Assembly (NCBI GenBank): GCA_016188265.1
Contig: JACPID010000003.1
Location: 1 to 64,000, forward strand
From: Candidatus Woesearchaeota archaeon
GTDB lineage: Archaea > Nanobdellota > Nanobdellia > Woesearchaeales > ARS49
Reading direction: 5' to 3'
Length of the DNA: 64,000 bases
A model generated the notes under the pieces. That model had not been told where the DNA came from and searched no databases. It was given only the letters and a program-made list of their open reading frames with translations. Position 1 is the stretch's first letter. Each line of letters begins with the position of its first letter. Both the position numbers and the translations under genes were made by a program. Below, in pieces: positions 37,559-47,581 of the stretch.

Positions 37559-39831
37559 GAAAGACATTATTAGAAACAGCATATATTTTTGCAATTAGTG
37601 CAGTATTAATATTATTTTTATTATATACTAATTGGCATATTTATCTTGTATTTTTTGTTTTTTTATTTGCAGGACTTCCTATTTTAAGCTTTTTTCAATA
37701 CAAGAATTTTTCATGGATTGAAAGAATTTTAATGGCTTTTTTTCTTGCTGATAGCTTGTTTTTTATTTTTCACTTACTAGTATTATGGCGTATTCCGTTA
37801 TTAAAGCAATTTACACTGTTTTGGTTTTTATTTCCTATGCTGCTTTATTTTTTACGCTGGAACCATGTAAAATCAATAATTAATAATTCTGACTTAAAAT
37901 TTTCTGAAAAAAATGCAATACTAATATTATTGTTAACAAGTGCGTTTATACTTTCACCTGCTGCAAGACCTCATGTTTTATCTGATACAGACTATCTTCC
38001 AGAAGCATGGCAAGGATTAAATATCAATCACCAAATTGAAAGATCAGGATCAATAGCCTTATGGACTAAAGAACTGCTGGTTGGTTATCCTAGATTTATT
38101 TATGATGGATTTATTTCTTATGAAAAATTCGGATTTTTATCAATGATTTTTGGAACAAAAAATTATTTTGGAAGTATTAATTCAGTCCTTATAATTTCAT
38201 TTTTATTTATGCTTTTAGGAGTGTATAGATACTGCCGTTATCTAGGTGGAAAAGAGTACTGGTCACTTATCCCACCTTGGTTTATTCTTGGAAGCTATTT
38301 GTTTATCCAATTATTAGGATTGGGTTATTTAAGGGCAATTATGAGCATTTCAATATATCCATTAATGCTTATTTGCTCTATTAATATTAAAGAAAATTGG
38401 AGATTATTACTGATGATTTCAATTTTAAGCTTTTTTCACCATCCAATGTATGGATTGATTACAATTATATTCTGCTGTTTACTGAACTGTTTAAAGTATA
38501 AATCAATTGATGAAACTATAAAGCCAATTATGTATTTAAGCAGTTTGTTTTTCATAATTACATTATTCTGGTTAATTCCTGCCCTAACAACAAAAGAATA
38601 TTCATTCATGGAAATATCAAAAGTTTCTTCTGCATCTGAAAAATTAATAGATTATTTTAACTTTTTATTTAACTTAATTGTAAATGAAGATGAATATTTT
38701 TGGATCTTTTTTATAACCGGCTTAATTGCAACAATAATATACAATCCATCATACTTGTATGTTTTATTAACCATTATTTTATATGGACTGATTTATGTTA
38801 TTCCAATAATAGGAAAGGTACTAAACTCAATAGATTTAGGCAGATTACGCTGGCTTTGGTTCATGTTATTTAGCATATTTATAATATCACTCCAAAATAT
38901 TAAAAATAAAAAATTAGCAAAATTATTATTTGCAATTATTGTTATTTTTTTAGTTCTAAAATTAATAACACCACATCAACAAATAAAAAAATTTTATTTT
39001 GATGAAAGAAGCGCTGATGAAATATACAATTTTAGCATTCTAAGCAAATTAAAAACTCTGCCTGAAGGAAGAATAGTAACCTATGGAGCTTTTGCAGCTG
39101 TTTTTGATAACTTTTTGCAAATTATTTCACAAAAAGATATTATTCATTATGGAATGTATCACGGCCAACATATGAATTTATTTGAAAAAACAAGATCAAA
39201 AGATGGAAATTATACTCTGCCTGATTCTACTCAACAAACATTAAATTATTTACGCGCATCATTCACCCCTTTCATAGTAGTAAGTGAGTGCAGTAAAGAA
39301 AGACCGGGAGCAAAAACAACTTTAAGACTTTATAAAGAAGCAAATAATGAATTAGAAGAAACCTACAGTGAAGACTGCATCAGGGTTTTTAAAATAAAAA
39401 ACATATCATTTATTGAAAAGATCACTCTTGCAAGTGTTCCTGAAAATGAAAGTTTGTATATGTCATGGAATAATTCTTGGAAAGCATACAACGCAGAAGG
39501 AGCTGAAGCAAACATGATAATACAAAAAGAAGAAGAATTAACAAAAATACTTGATCCAGAACCATTACAATATCAAAGACAAAATAATGAACACATAATA
39601 ATATATGAACCAACTGAAAACTCATGGATAGTTATTAAAGAACAGTATCATCCTTACTGGAAAGCGCATCAATCAGAAAAAGAATTAACAGTATACAAAT
39701 CTAATATTGGAACAATGCTTGTGAAAGCAGAAACAAATGAAAAAATCGATTTAAAATTTCAAAACCCAGGATATGTTAAATGGCTAGCATTATTAAGCAT
39801 GTTAACTTTATTTTTACTAATGCTACTTTAA
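37555..39831 (+). CDS. Large polytopic membrane protein, GT-C/YfhO-like glycosyltransferase
   Basis: Many TM helices, LW...LVGYP loop, C-terminal KEQYHPYWKA YfhO-like segment; ATGA overlap with the GGDEF gene. Confidence 0.65.
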   Translation: MRKTLLETAYIFAISAVLILFLLYTNWHIYLVFFVFLFAGLPILSFFQYKNFSWIERILMAFFLADSLFFIFHLLVLWRIPLLKQFTLFWFLFPMLLYFLRWNHVKSIINNSDLKFSEKNAILILLLTSAFILSPAARPHVLSDTDYLPEAWQGLNINHQIERSGSIALWTKELLVGYPRFIYDGFISYEKFGFLSMIFGTKNYFGSINSVLIISFLFMLLGVYRYCRYLGGKEYWSLIPPWFILGSYLFIQLLGLGYLRAIMSISIYPLMLICSINIKENWRLLLMISILSFFHHPMYGLITIIFCCLLNCLKYKSIDETIKPIMYLSSLFFIITLFWLIPALTTKEYSFMEISKVSSASEKLIDYFNFLFNLIVNEDEYFWIFFITGLIATIIYNPSYLYVLLTIILYGLIYVIPIIGKVLNSIDLGRLRWLWFMLFSIFIISLQNIKNKKLAKLLFAIIVIFLVLKLITPHQQIKKFYFDERSADEIYNFSILSKLKTLPEGRIVTYGAFAAVFDNFLQIISQKDIIHYGMYHGQHMNLFEKTRSKDGNYTLPDSTQQTLNYLRASFTPFIVVSECSKERPGAKTTLRLYKEANNELEETYSEDCIRVFKIKNISFIEKITLASVPENESLYMSWNNSWKAYNAEGAEANMIIQKEEELTKILDPEPLQYQRQNNEHIIIYEPTENSWIVIKEQYHPYWKAHQSEKELTVYKSNIGTMLVKAETNEKIDLKFQNPGYVKWLALLSMLTLFLLMLL

Positions 39832-39842
39832 TAATTCAAGCA

Positions 39843-41036
39843 TCATTTTCTTGTAATTATCTCAACCACATCCCTATGTTTTAACATGTGATCTTTTCCA
39901 ACACTCATCTTAGTTTTAACATTAATAGCTCGAATAAAATTTTTTCCAAGATCAGTATGAAGATGGTATGCAAAATCAATAGCAGTTGAATTTTTAGGCA
40001 ATAAAAAACAGTCTGGTAAAACATTGCCATCTTTATCTGCAAGCTTGTTTACTCCGCCAGGAAAAATTGCTATTGCACCTAAAAGATCAAATACAGCAGT
40101 ATTTAGTATTTGTTGAATGCCAGTGCTTCCAAAAACATCTAAAATTTTTTTCTGTATAAACTCGAGAGCTAATCTTTGTTTAGGAGATAAGCCACCAATA
40201 ATTTCAAATTTACTATCTCCTGGAAGGTATTTAATAAAATTCTTTTTAGCTGCTTCTCTTAAAGCCAATTCTGCATCTGCAGCGCAAGGAATAATAATAT
40301 GATTAGGAAATGCTTTTTTCAAACGCTCAATATTTTCTTTAGCTGAATGAACATCAATCTTATTAGCAGCAATAACCATAGGCTTTGTTAATAAGCGCAG
40401 TTGAACTGCTAATTTGTGCAGATCTTCTTCAGCCCAAGATATTAATTGTTCTTTAGAAAAAGAAAGATTAGACAATGCTTTTTTAATATGTTCTTCTTTG
40501 ATATTCAATCCTGATAATTGTTTTGCTAAAGCAAGAACAACATCACTTTGTTCTTGTTGAACTTGGCGGGCAAACTTATCCCAACCTTTTTTAATAATAC
40601 TTAAAACCCACATATCCAACTCAAACTCTAAAAATTTTACATCAAAAACAGGATCATACTTTCCTGGTTCAACAGGTTCTCCTTTTTCATTTGAGCTTCC
40701 GCTTGCATCAACAACATGAATAAAAACATCTGCCTGCCTTAAATCATCCAAAAATCTATTACCCATACCTTTACCTTCATGAGCCCCTGGAACAAGCCCT
40801 GCAACATCAATAAGCTCAAAAGGAACAAAACGCTGATTATTAATACAATAACCATACCTAGGATTACATTGCGTATTAAATTCTTTATCAACACAATCAA
40901 TCCTCACATGAGCAAAACCTTTATTAGGATCAATAGTTGCAAAAGGATAATTTGCAATCAACACATCAGCAAGTGTAGAAGCTTTAAAGAATGTTGATTT
41001 GCCAGTATTAGCCTTACCTACAAGACCTATGATCAT
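39843..41036 (-). CDS. ychF: Obg-family ATPase/GTPase YchF (archaeal)
   Basis: GKANTGKST, NYPFATIDPN, DVAGLVPGAHEGKGMGNRFL, C-terminal TGS domain. Confidence 0.93.
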   Translation of the reverse strand: MIIGLVGKANTGKSTFFKASTLADVLIANYPFATIDPNKGFAHVRIDCVDKEFNTQCNPRYGYCINNQRFVPFELIDVAGLVPGAHEGKGMGNRFLDDLRQADVFIHVVDASGSSNEKGEPVEPGKYDPVFDVKFLEFELDMWVLSIIKKGWDKFARQVQQEQSDVVLALAKQLSGLNIKEEHIKKALSNLSFSKEQLISWAEEDLHKLAVQLRLLTKPMVIAANKIDVHSAKENIERLKKAFPNHIIIPCAADAELALREAAKKNFIKYLPGDSKFEIIGGLSPKQRLALEFIQKKILDVFGSTGIQQILNTAVFDLLGAIAIFPGGVNKLADKDGNVLPDCFLLPKNSTAIDFAYHLHTDLGKNFIRAINVKTKMSVGKDHMLKHRDVVEIITRK

Positions 41037-41086
41037 ACAATAATAGATTTCACAATCTTTTTAAAAAACTTTAGTATTACAATAAC

Positions 41087-41773
41087 ATGCTTAAAGCAGA
41101 TTTTCACGCACACTGTAAAGGAGACCCTCTTGATATATTTATTAAACACACACCTGAACAATTAATTGATCATGCAGCTTCACTAGGATACAAAGTTCTT
41201 GCAATAACATTACACACTAAAAACATTTACACAAAAGATCTTGCAGACTATGCTAAAAAAAAAGAAATTATTTTAATTCCTGGCTGTGAAGCAAACATAG
41301 AAAAAAAACACACATTATTGCTTAATTTTACACAAAAAGAAATAGATCAAATTAAAACATTTGAAGATTTAAGAATAATAAAAAAAGATCATCATGCAGT
41401 TATTGCAGCCCATCCTTTTTTTCCGCAAAGAAGCTGCTTATTTGGAAAATTAGAAAAAAATATCGACTTATTTGATGGCATAGAGCATTGCCATTTTTAT
41501 ACAAAATTAATTAATTTTAATAAATTTGCAAATAAAATTGTTATTAAGCATGAAAAGCCTTGGATTGGGACTTCAGATACGCACTTTTTATGGCAGATGA
41601 CTGGAAGCAATTACACACTAATTGATGCTGAACAAAACATAGAAAGCATTATTAAAGCAATAAAGAAAGGAAATGTAAAACTTGCAACTAAACCAGTTCC
41701 TTGGAAACAAGTAATAAAAACATTAGCAGCCATGTTTAATCCACTCCAGCATATTCCAGCAAAAAAGATATAA
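41087..41773 (+). CDS. PHP-domain metal-dependent phosphoesterase
   Basis: DFHAH, AITLH, IPGCE, AAHPF, GTSDTH. Confidence 0.88.
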   Translation: MLKADFHAHCKGDPLDIFIKHTPEQLIDHAASLGYKVLAITLHTKNIYTKDLADYAKKKEIILIPGCEANIEKKHTLLLNFTQKEIDQIKTFEDLRIIKKDHHAVIAAHPFFPQRSCLFGKLEKNIDLFDGIEHCHFYTKLINFNKFANKIVIKHEKPWIGTSDTHFLWQMTGSNYTLIDAEQNIESIIKAIKKGNVKLATKPVPWKQVIKTLAAMFNPLQHIPAKKI

Positions 41774-41800
41774 ACAGTTTTAGTATATTGTAAAAAAAAA

Positions 41801-43180
41801 ATGATTGTATCAATGCTTCTATTTATTACTGCTTTAATACTAAATTTGTATTACTTAAATGCAGGAGTATTTCACTATGATGGATTAATTGTTTTAGAAT
41901 CAATTCAACAAAATTCATTTCCAGTATTTCTACATTTACGAACAACTTATTTTTTTCTTGCCTTTATTCTGTCAAAAATATTGCCTTTTTCCATAGAAAC
42001 AACAATAAATCTAGTATCTGCTTTTTCAGGAGCTGCATGCATCAGTGTGCTTTATTTATTACTTAAAAAATATTTTAACAAAAACATATCTGCATTAGCA
42101 AGCACATTATTAATGCTTAATCCATTATTTTTATCAATTTCAACATATGGAAAAGAACACACTTTTGAAACACTGCTTTTTTTATTAACACTGCTTTTTA
42201 TATCAAAAAAACAAATCTGGAAAGCAACAACAACAATTATTCTTTACATATTTACCAGAGAAACAAGCATTTTTTTACTGCCTGCAATTTTTATTTTTGC
42301 ATACAAAAATCTTGATTGGACAAATCCTAAAACAAAAAAATGCATTGCAATAATATTTTTTGCATTTAGCGTGTATACATATTTTGCACTTTACCCTGCT
42401 TATTTTAAACAAGTTATTGAAGCCAACCACCCAGTTCAAAATTTTCATGCATGGAATTCAAACACTATAATACAAGCACTAAAAGACATTCAGCAAACAT
42501 TACACTGGCCAATGCTTCTACTTATTACCTTAGGAATAATAACTTTACTTATGCTTAAACAATATTTTTGGATTATATTTACAGGGTCTTGGTTGCTTCC
42601 CACATACATACTAATAAATCACAGCTTATACTCTTTCAGATGGCTTACAATAATAATGCCAGCAATGTCGCTGTTATCTGCATTTGGAATTAACGCCTTA
42701 TGGAAAAAAGCATACAAAATACTTCCAATTGCATTAGTTATACTATTTTCTACTTCAACTCTTGCAATGATGCACCCAATCCTATCATACAGACAAGAAG
42801 CTGGAGGAATGAAAGTATTAGAAGAGGCATTTAGAGATTCTGATAAAAATAGCTATGTAGGAATTTATGGAGACCATTGTATTTTTGTAAAACAGTATAC
42901 AAAAGCAAAATGCTTCCCAAATGATCCTACAAATCAAACAATTCAATTCATAAAAGAAAAATTAAAAGAAAACTCTACAGTTTACTTGTTTTTAAATTTT
43001 GATCAAAATCAAAAAAAACAAGTGCCAATGTTTCAAAAACAGCTTCAAGAAAACTTCAAAGGAGAAAGACTGCCAGATATAATTGGAGAAGACTTCCATG
43101 ATGCTGAAATTAGTTTAAAGAAAAAAAACTGGGTATTGTATAAAATAGTCTGCAGTTTAGAATACAAGAATTGCATATAG
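41801..43180 (+). CDS. GT-C (PMT/ArnT-like) membrane glycosyltransferase
   Basis: Polytopic; early HYD acidic motif, NPLF...STYGKEH, RETS, RWL. Confidence 0.65.
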   Translation: MIVSMLLFITALILNLYYLNAGVFHYDGLIVLESIQQNSFPVFLHLRTTYFFLAFILSKILPFSIETTINLVSAFSGAACISVLYLLLKKYFNKNISALASTLLMLNPLFLSISTYGKEHTFETLLFLLTLLFISKKQIWKATTTIILYIFTRETSIFLLPAIFIFAYKNLDWTNPKTKKCIAIIFFAFSVYTYFALYPAYFKQVIEANHPVQNFHAWNSNTIIQALKDIQQTLHWPMLLLITLGIITLLMLKQYFWIIFTGSWLLPTYILINHSLYSFRWLTIIMPAMSLLSAFGINALWKKAYKILPIALVILFSTSTLAMMHPILSYRQEAGGMKVLEEAFRDSDKNSYVGIYGDHCIFVKQYTKAKCFPNDPTNQTIQFIKEKLKENSTVYLFLNFDQNQKKQVPMFQKQLQENFKGERLPDIIGEDFHDAEISLKKKNWVLYKIVCSLEYKNCI

Positions 43181-43222
43181 AAAGTGAGAATTTATATATT
43201 CTAAATATGAAGAATATAATGC

Positions 43223-43834
43223 ATGCCAGAACAAGATATAAAGCACAGATACACTGATGTTGAATACATACAAGTTCATAAATTCACAATCAGTTACAAA
43301 GATGTTTTTTCTATGAAATACTTATACAATCTTTTAAGAGAATGGCTTGTTGACAATAATTATGCTTCAGATGACACTTCAAAATTTGGAGAAGTCTTTT
43401 ACTTACAAAGAGATAATCCAAAAGATGGAAGAGAAATATGGGCAAGATGGAGGCTTAAAAAAGAACCTGAAAAAGCAAGCAAGTTATGGAGATATGATCT
43501 TGATATTGATATCCACGTAACAGGCTTAAGAGAAGTAGAAATTCCAATAGGCAATAAAAAAATAAGAGCAGATCAAGGGGAAGTTGAAATCAATGTTGCG
43601 GCAAACCTTATTATTGATTATGAAAAAGCTTGGGAAAAACATCCTTGGCTTAAAAATTTCAAAAACTGGATTATTTACAAATACTTAAAATCAAAACTAG
43701 ATTCAAAAACAGCAGAATTATTTGAAGATGCAAGCAGGCTTCAAGAAGCAATAAAAACATATTTACAAATACAAACATACTTGCCAAAGAAAGAATTCGG
43801 AGAATTCTATGAAAAAAGATTACCTGAGGAATAG
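43223..43834 (+). CDS. Uncharacterised protein, paralogue 1 of a tandem triplet
   Basis: SYKDVFSMKYLY...W; LIIDYEKAW. Confidence 0.8.
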   Translation: MPEQDIKHRYTDVEYIQVHKFTISYKDVFSMKYLYNLLREWLVDNNYASDDTSKFGEVFYLQRDNPKDGREIWARWRLKKEPEKASKLWRYDLDIDIHVTGLREVEIPIGNKKIRADQGEVEINVAANLIIDYEKAWEKHPWLKNFKNWIIYKYLKSKLDSKTAELFEDASRLQEAIKTYLQIQTYLPKKEFGEFYEKRLPEE

Positions 43835-43836
43835 CA

Positions 43837-44328
43837 ATGGTAAAGGCAGAAACTGAACACTCTACAAGCACCTATAAAATTAAATATAGAGGATATTTTG
43901 ATCCTAATGAATTAATTGTTTTTATAAGAAAATGGGTTTTAGAAAATCATTATAGTTTTTCAGAAACAAAACACAAAGCAAGCAGCTCATCAATATCAAT
44001 AGAAGTTGAAGGAAGCAGAAAATTAAATGAATATGTAAAATACAAAATCAACATAAGCACAGATGCTGACGATATAAAACAAATAGAATTAATAAAAGAA
44101 GGCAAAAAAATAAAAACCTATGAAGGAAAACTAATTATGACAATCTGCGGAACTATGAATCTTGACTGGCAAAAACGCTTTAATAAAAGCCAAATACTGC
44201 AATTTCTGCAAGATTTTTTCCACAAATACATCATAAAAGAAAAAGTAGAAGATGAATGGATCAGCCCATTAGAAAACAATGCAATATCTTTAAGAAATGA
44301 CCTAAGAAAACTATTAAACATCAACTAA
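43837..44328 (+). CDS. Uncharacterised protein, paralogue 2 of a tandem triplet
   Basis: KYRGYFDPNELI...W; MNLDWQKRF. Confidence 0.8.
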   Translation: MVKAETEHSTSTYKIKYRGYFDPNELIVFIRKWVLENHYSFSETKHKASSSSISIEVEGSRKLNEYVKYKINISTDADDIKQIELIKEGKKIKTYEGKLIMTICGTMNLDWQKRFNKSQILQFLQDFFHKYIIKEKVEDEWISPLENNAISLRNDLRKLLNIN

Positions 44329-44330
44329 AA

Positions 44331-44828
44331 ATGGCAGAAAAAGAAAGCTTAGGAAAAAAAGAAATCCAATACGATGGAATTTTCAGCGCAAAAGAACTAA
44401 TTGAAACAATAAAAGACACTGCATCAGATAAAAAATTTAGCGTAAGTGAAGGAGAACATATTGAAAGTGTTAAAAAAACAGGAAGATACATCCAAAGAAC
44501 ATTAACCTTAGGAAAAACATTAAGCGATTATGCAAAATTAAAAGCCATTATATCACTGCAATTTTCAGAACTAAAAGATACAATAGTTCAAAAAGCAGGA
44601 AAGAAAAAAAAATATCAAACAGGAAAATTATACTTAACAATAGAACCATTACTAGTAACAGACTATGAAGAACGATGGGAAAGCAAACCAGTATTTTTTC
44701 TTCTAAGAATGTTCTTTGAAAAAAACATATACAGCCCGCAACTAAAAAAATTCAGAGCAGAAGGGGAAGAATTAATGGAATTATTATATGAAAACCTCAA
44801 AGCTTATCTTAATTTGCAAAAATACTAA
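44331..44828 (+). CDS. Uncharacterised protein, paralogue 3 of a tandem triplet
   Basis: QYDGIFSAKELI; LVTDYEERW. Confidence 0.8.
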   Translation: MAEKESLGKKEIQYDGIFSAKELIETIKDTASDKKFSVSEGEHIESVKKTGRYIQRTLTLGKTLSDYAKLKAIISLQFSELKDTIVQKAGKKKKYQTGKLYLTIEPLLVTDYEERWESKPVFFLLRMFFEKNIYSPQLKKFRAEGEELMELLYENLKAYLNLQKY

Positions 44829-44865
44829 ATTTTATAAATGATTATTTTATTCTATCTTATTACTT

Positions 44866-44952
44866 GCCTCCGTAGCATAGTAGCTATTGCGGCTGACTTG
44901 TAATATAAATCAAGTTATCAGCAGGTCGGGAGTGCAATTCTCCCCGGAGGCT
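44866..44952 (+). tRNA. tRNA-Thr(TGT) with a 14-nt intron at 37/38 (44903-44916)
   Basis: Acceptor GCCTCCG/CGGAGGC; anticodon arm GCTGA-CTTGTA^A-TCAGC; CTTG/CAAG helix of a relaxed BHB; T-arm GGGAG/CTCCC. Confidence 0.92.
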
Positions 44953-45004
44953 CTCAAAATTAACAGAATTTTGGATCCTCGAAGTGCAAGACACATTCGA
45001 GGCT

Positions 45005-45262
45005 TTACTCGTATGCGCGTTCTCGCTTATCAATATCTGAAATGAAAAGAATATTTTTCTCATAGAGCACGCAGTACTGTATCCTGTAATCCCCCACACT
45101 GACCCGAAATATTTTCTCTTTTCTGTTGACAACTCTTTTGATATCTGCTGGAAACGGATCTTCTGCGAGTTTCTCAATTCTTTGAATAATTCTTTGGGCT
45201 AATTGTTTATCTGCCTTTTTAAGAAAGTGGTGTGCGAGTGAAGACAACTCAACATTAAACAT
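45005..45262 (-). CDS. RelE/StbE family toxin
   Basis: FLKKADK...RIEKLAEDPFP...FRVSVGDYRIQY...DKRERAY. Confidence 0.9.
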   Translation of the reverse strand: MFNVELSSLAHHFLKKADKQLAQRIIQRIEKLAEDPFPADIKRVVNRKEKIFRVSVGDYRIQYCVLYEKNILFISDIDKRERAYE

Positions 45263-45264
45263 AT

Positions 45265-45465
45265 TTACAAACCAAGTTCTCTTTTAAGTAGTGAAAGAGA
45301 AGTTGTTTTACCTTGCTTGAGTTCTTTAAGACTCTGATCAAAACGCTTACCTTCTTCAATGGTCATAATGGTATCTGGATCAAACATGTGCTTCTTTATG
45401 AATTCTACTTCCTTCTTAATGTGTTTAAGTTCGGTATAAACTTTCTCAAGTATCGCTTCTGCCAT
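45265..45465 (-). CDS. Cognate RelB-like antitoxin
   Basis: 66 aa ending LKQGKTTSLSLLKRELGL; 2 nt upstream of the RelE gene. Confidence 0.8.
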   Translation of the reverse strand: MAEAILEKVYTELKHIKKEVEFIKKHMFDPDTIMTIEEGKRFDQSLKELKQGKTTSLSLLKRELGL

Positions 45466-45561
45466 ACTTGATTACTAAATATCTGAGTTTTTAAACCTTA
45501 CGCCCATCTTTGTTTGTTCTTAAAGAAAAAGGCCGGATAGAATTCTTGATGTGCCAATGTT

Positions 45562-46218
45562 TTAGTGTTTCATTTTTGCATCTGCCTGTTCTTTAACAAG
45601 ATTGAATAGAGTGTCCAAAATTTGTACAGGCACTGTAACACCCATATCTCGTTTCAATTGTTCAAGGAAATCTCCTAAATCAAATAGCGCGCGTTCTCGG
45701 CCTAATTTAACTTGATTTTTTGCCTCGTCAATGAGAATTTGCCAATTAATTGATCGGGATTCAATTATTTTTCTTGCATCATCCTTGTCTTTCAACCTGT
45801 CAGTTGCGCATTTCATCAAGATGATATCGTGAGAATCTGCTATTCTCAATGATAAAGTATCTCCGAATTGATGTGTTGCGCTTGCACGTTCCTGCATAGT
45901 TTTAGAGAAAACAAAATCAATCACGTCCACAACAAATAAATCAAATCTTTCGTTCCCTAATGTAAACATTTCAGGCTGGTCTTTTTTCCCGCCATAAACG
46001 CGAAATGCGTCCATTCCTTTATACCCAAGTGCAGTAAGTGCTTTCTTAAAAATTTCGCGATCCTTCATATTCTCAAAAACAATATCAACATCAAGTGTTG
46101 CATCTTTAATACCTTGGAACATCATTGCAGTTCCACCAATTGCATACACTGTTACGTGCTTAGACAATTTCTGTGCAATCGCTAAAAGCAGGCGCTGTTG
46201 TGCTTCAATGGTAATCAT
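45562..46218 (-). CDS. DUF6036/AbiEii-like nucleotidyltransferase
   Basis: AIGGTAM...TLDVDIV motif, ILMK...RLKDKDD. Confidence 0.8.
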   Translation of the reverse strand: MITIEAQQRLLLAIAQKLSKHVTVYAIGGTAMMFQGIKDATLDVDIVFENMKDREIFKKALTALGYKGMDAFRVYGGKKDQPEMFTLGNERFDLFVVDVIDFVFSKTMQERASATHQFGDTLSLRIADSHDIILMKCATDRLKDKDDARKIIESRSINWQILIDEAKNQVKLGRERALFDLGDFLEQLKRDMGVTVPVQILDTLFNLVKEQADAKMKH

Positions 46219-46835
46219 GCATATGCCTCCAAATCTGATTTGTTAAATGGCAGATATACTCTCCAACGATTCTCTATCTCTTTAAAATCCTTTGATTTAA
46301 GCCCAGGAATCAAATATCTAAATGCGTATTCCTTTTTTGGCAAAGAAAGATTACGAAACCTGCCACTCATTCTTCGAGTGCGCATAATTGTACGTGCAAG
46401 ATCATAAAGTGCACCAATCTGTCGTTCACAATAATTTCCTTTTGAAATCCGATATAAAACATCCCAATCTATTACTTTCTTAAATAATACAAGTGCTGAT
46501 AGAATTGTTCTAAGACTATCTCTTTTAACTGCATAAACTAATATCTCTTCTGGCGTTGGAGTCTTTCCATAAAATCTATGAATTACTCCCACTGCAAGCT
46601 TGATTGGGGAAATCTTATTGAGCAGCTCCTCATAACTTGTTCCACCTAACTTATTTTCAAAAGATATGGAGTATATACGATTGCCACTTGGAAAGCGCGC
46701 AGTTTTGACGTATCCTGCCTTTCGTAGACGGTGAATGTAATAGACGGCCTGCGGTCTACTAATGCCTAAAACCGACATCACAGATTGCAGTGTATGTACG
46801 CCTTCAAGTCGTTTAAACAATTCTTCTTTATGCAT
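46215..46835 (-). CDS. wHTH protein, putative AbiEi-like antitoxin partner
   Basis: N-terminal HTH LGISRPQAVYYIHRLRKAGYV; ATGA overlap with the nucleotidyltransferase gene. Confidence 0.65.
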   Translation of the reverse strand: MHKEELFKRLEGVHTLQSVMSVLGISRPQAVYYIHRLRKAGYVKTARFPSGNRIYSISFENKLGGTSYEELLNKISPIKLAVGVIHRFYGKTPTPEEILVYAVKRDSLRTILSALVLFKKVIDWDVLYRISKGNYCERQIGALYDLARTIMRTRRMSGRFRNLSLPKKEYAFRYLIPGLKSKDFKEIENRWRVYLPFNKSDLEAYA

Positions 46836-47041
46836 AAATTAAATGTAGCTAGATTAATATATAAAGGTTGCTATTTTTATCAAAAATAAGTTAAATATAG
46901 AGGTAATGATATTTAAATACAGAGCTTATAAATAAAACTGCTGAAATTGATTTGTGACAATAACTTCAAATAACAATCTTTATAAAATAATTGAGTTAAC
47001 TATCGTTATTATCTTGTTAAAATATCATGGAGGGATTAAGT

Positions 47042-47566
47042 ATGAGTGTAAAAATAGGACAAAAAGTTCAAGATTTTAAAGCAAAAGCATATCAAGCAGG
47101 GAATTTTGCAGATATTAAATTATCACAATTCAAAGGCAAATGGGTAGTATTATTTTTTTATCCTCTGGATTTCACATTTATTTGCCCAACTGAAATTAAA
47201 GGTTTCGGAGAAAAAGAAAAAGAATTTAAAAAACTAAATGCAGTAGTTATAGGAGCAAGCACTGACAGCGAATTTTCCCATAAAAACTGGTTTGAAAGAG
47301 ACTTGCCTGAAGTAAAATTTCCAGTTATTGCAGATACAACACGTGCAGTAAGTGAATTGTTCGGTGTTTTAAAAGAAGATCAAGGCATTGCATTCAGAGG
47401 AACATTTATAATTGATCCAGAAGGAATGCTTAGATACATGGTTGTTTCAGATTTAAGCGTAGGCAGAAGTGTTCAAGAAACATTAAGAATACTGCAAGCA
47501 TTACAATCAGGAGAACTTTGTCCTGTTGAATGGAAGCCTGGAGAACAAACACTAGGCAAAGCATAA
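47042..47566 (+). CDS. ahpC: 2-Cys peroxiredoxin (AhpC/TSA)
   Basis: FYPLDFTFICPTE, GRSV, LCPVEW; SD GGAGGG before ATG 47042. Confidence 0.95.
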   Translation: MSVKIGQKVQDFKAKAYQAGNFADIKLSQFKGKWVVLFFYPLDFTFICPTEIKGFGEKEKEFKKLNAVVIGASTDSEFSHKNWFERDLPEVKFPVIADTTRAVSELFGVLKEDQGIAFRGTFIIDPEGMLRYMVVSDLSVGRSVQETLRILQALQSGELCPVEWKPGEQTLGKA

Positions 47567-47581
47567 GGAGGTATTACTAAA

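Noticed and set aside
44884..45177. 97-aa ORF
   Set aside because: Alternative frame overlapping the RelE gene and antisense to tRNA-Thr
46836..47026. attR duplicate of the tRNA-Thr 3' end
   Set aside because: No repeat of the tRNA end found by eye and no integrase
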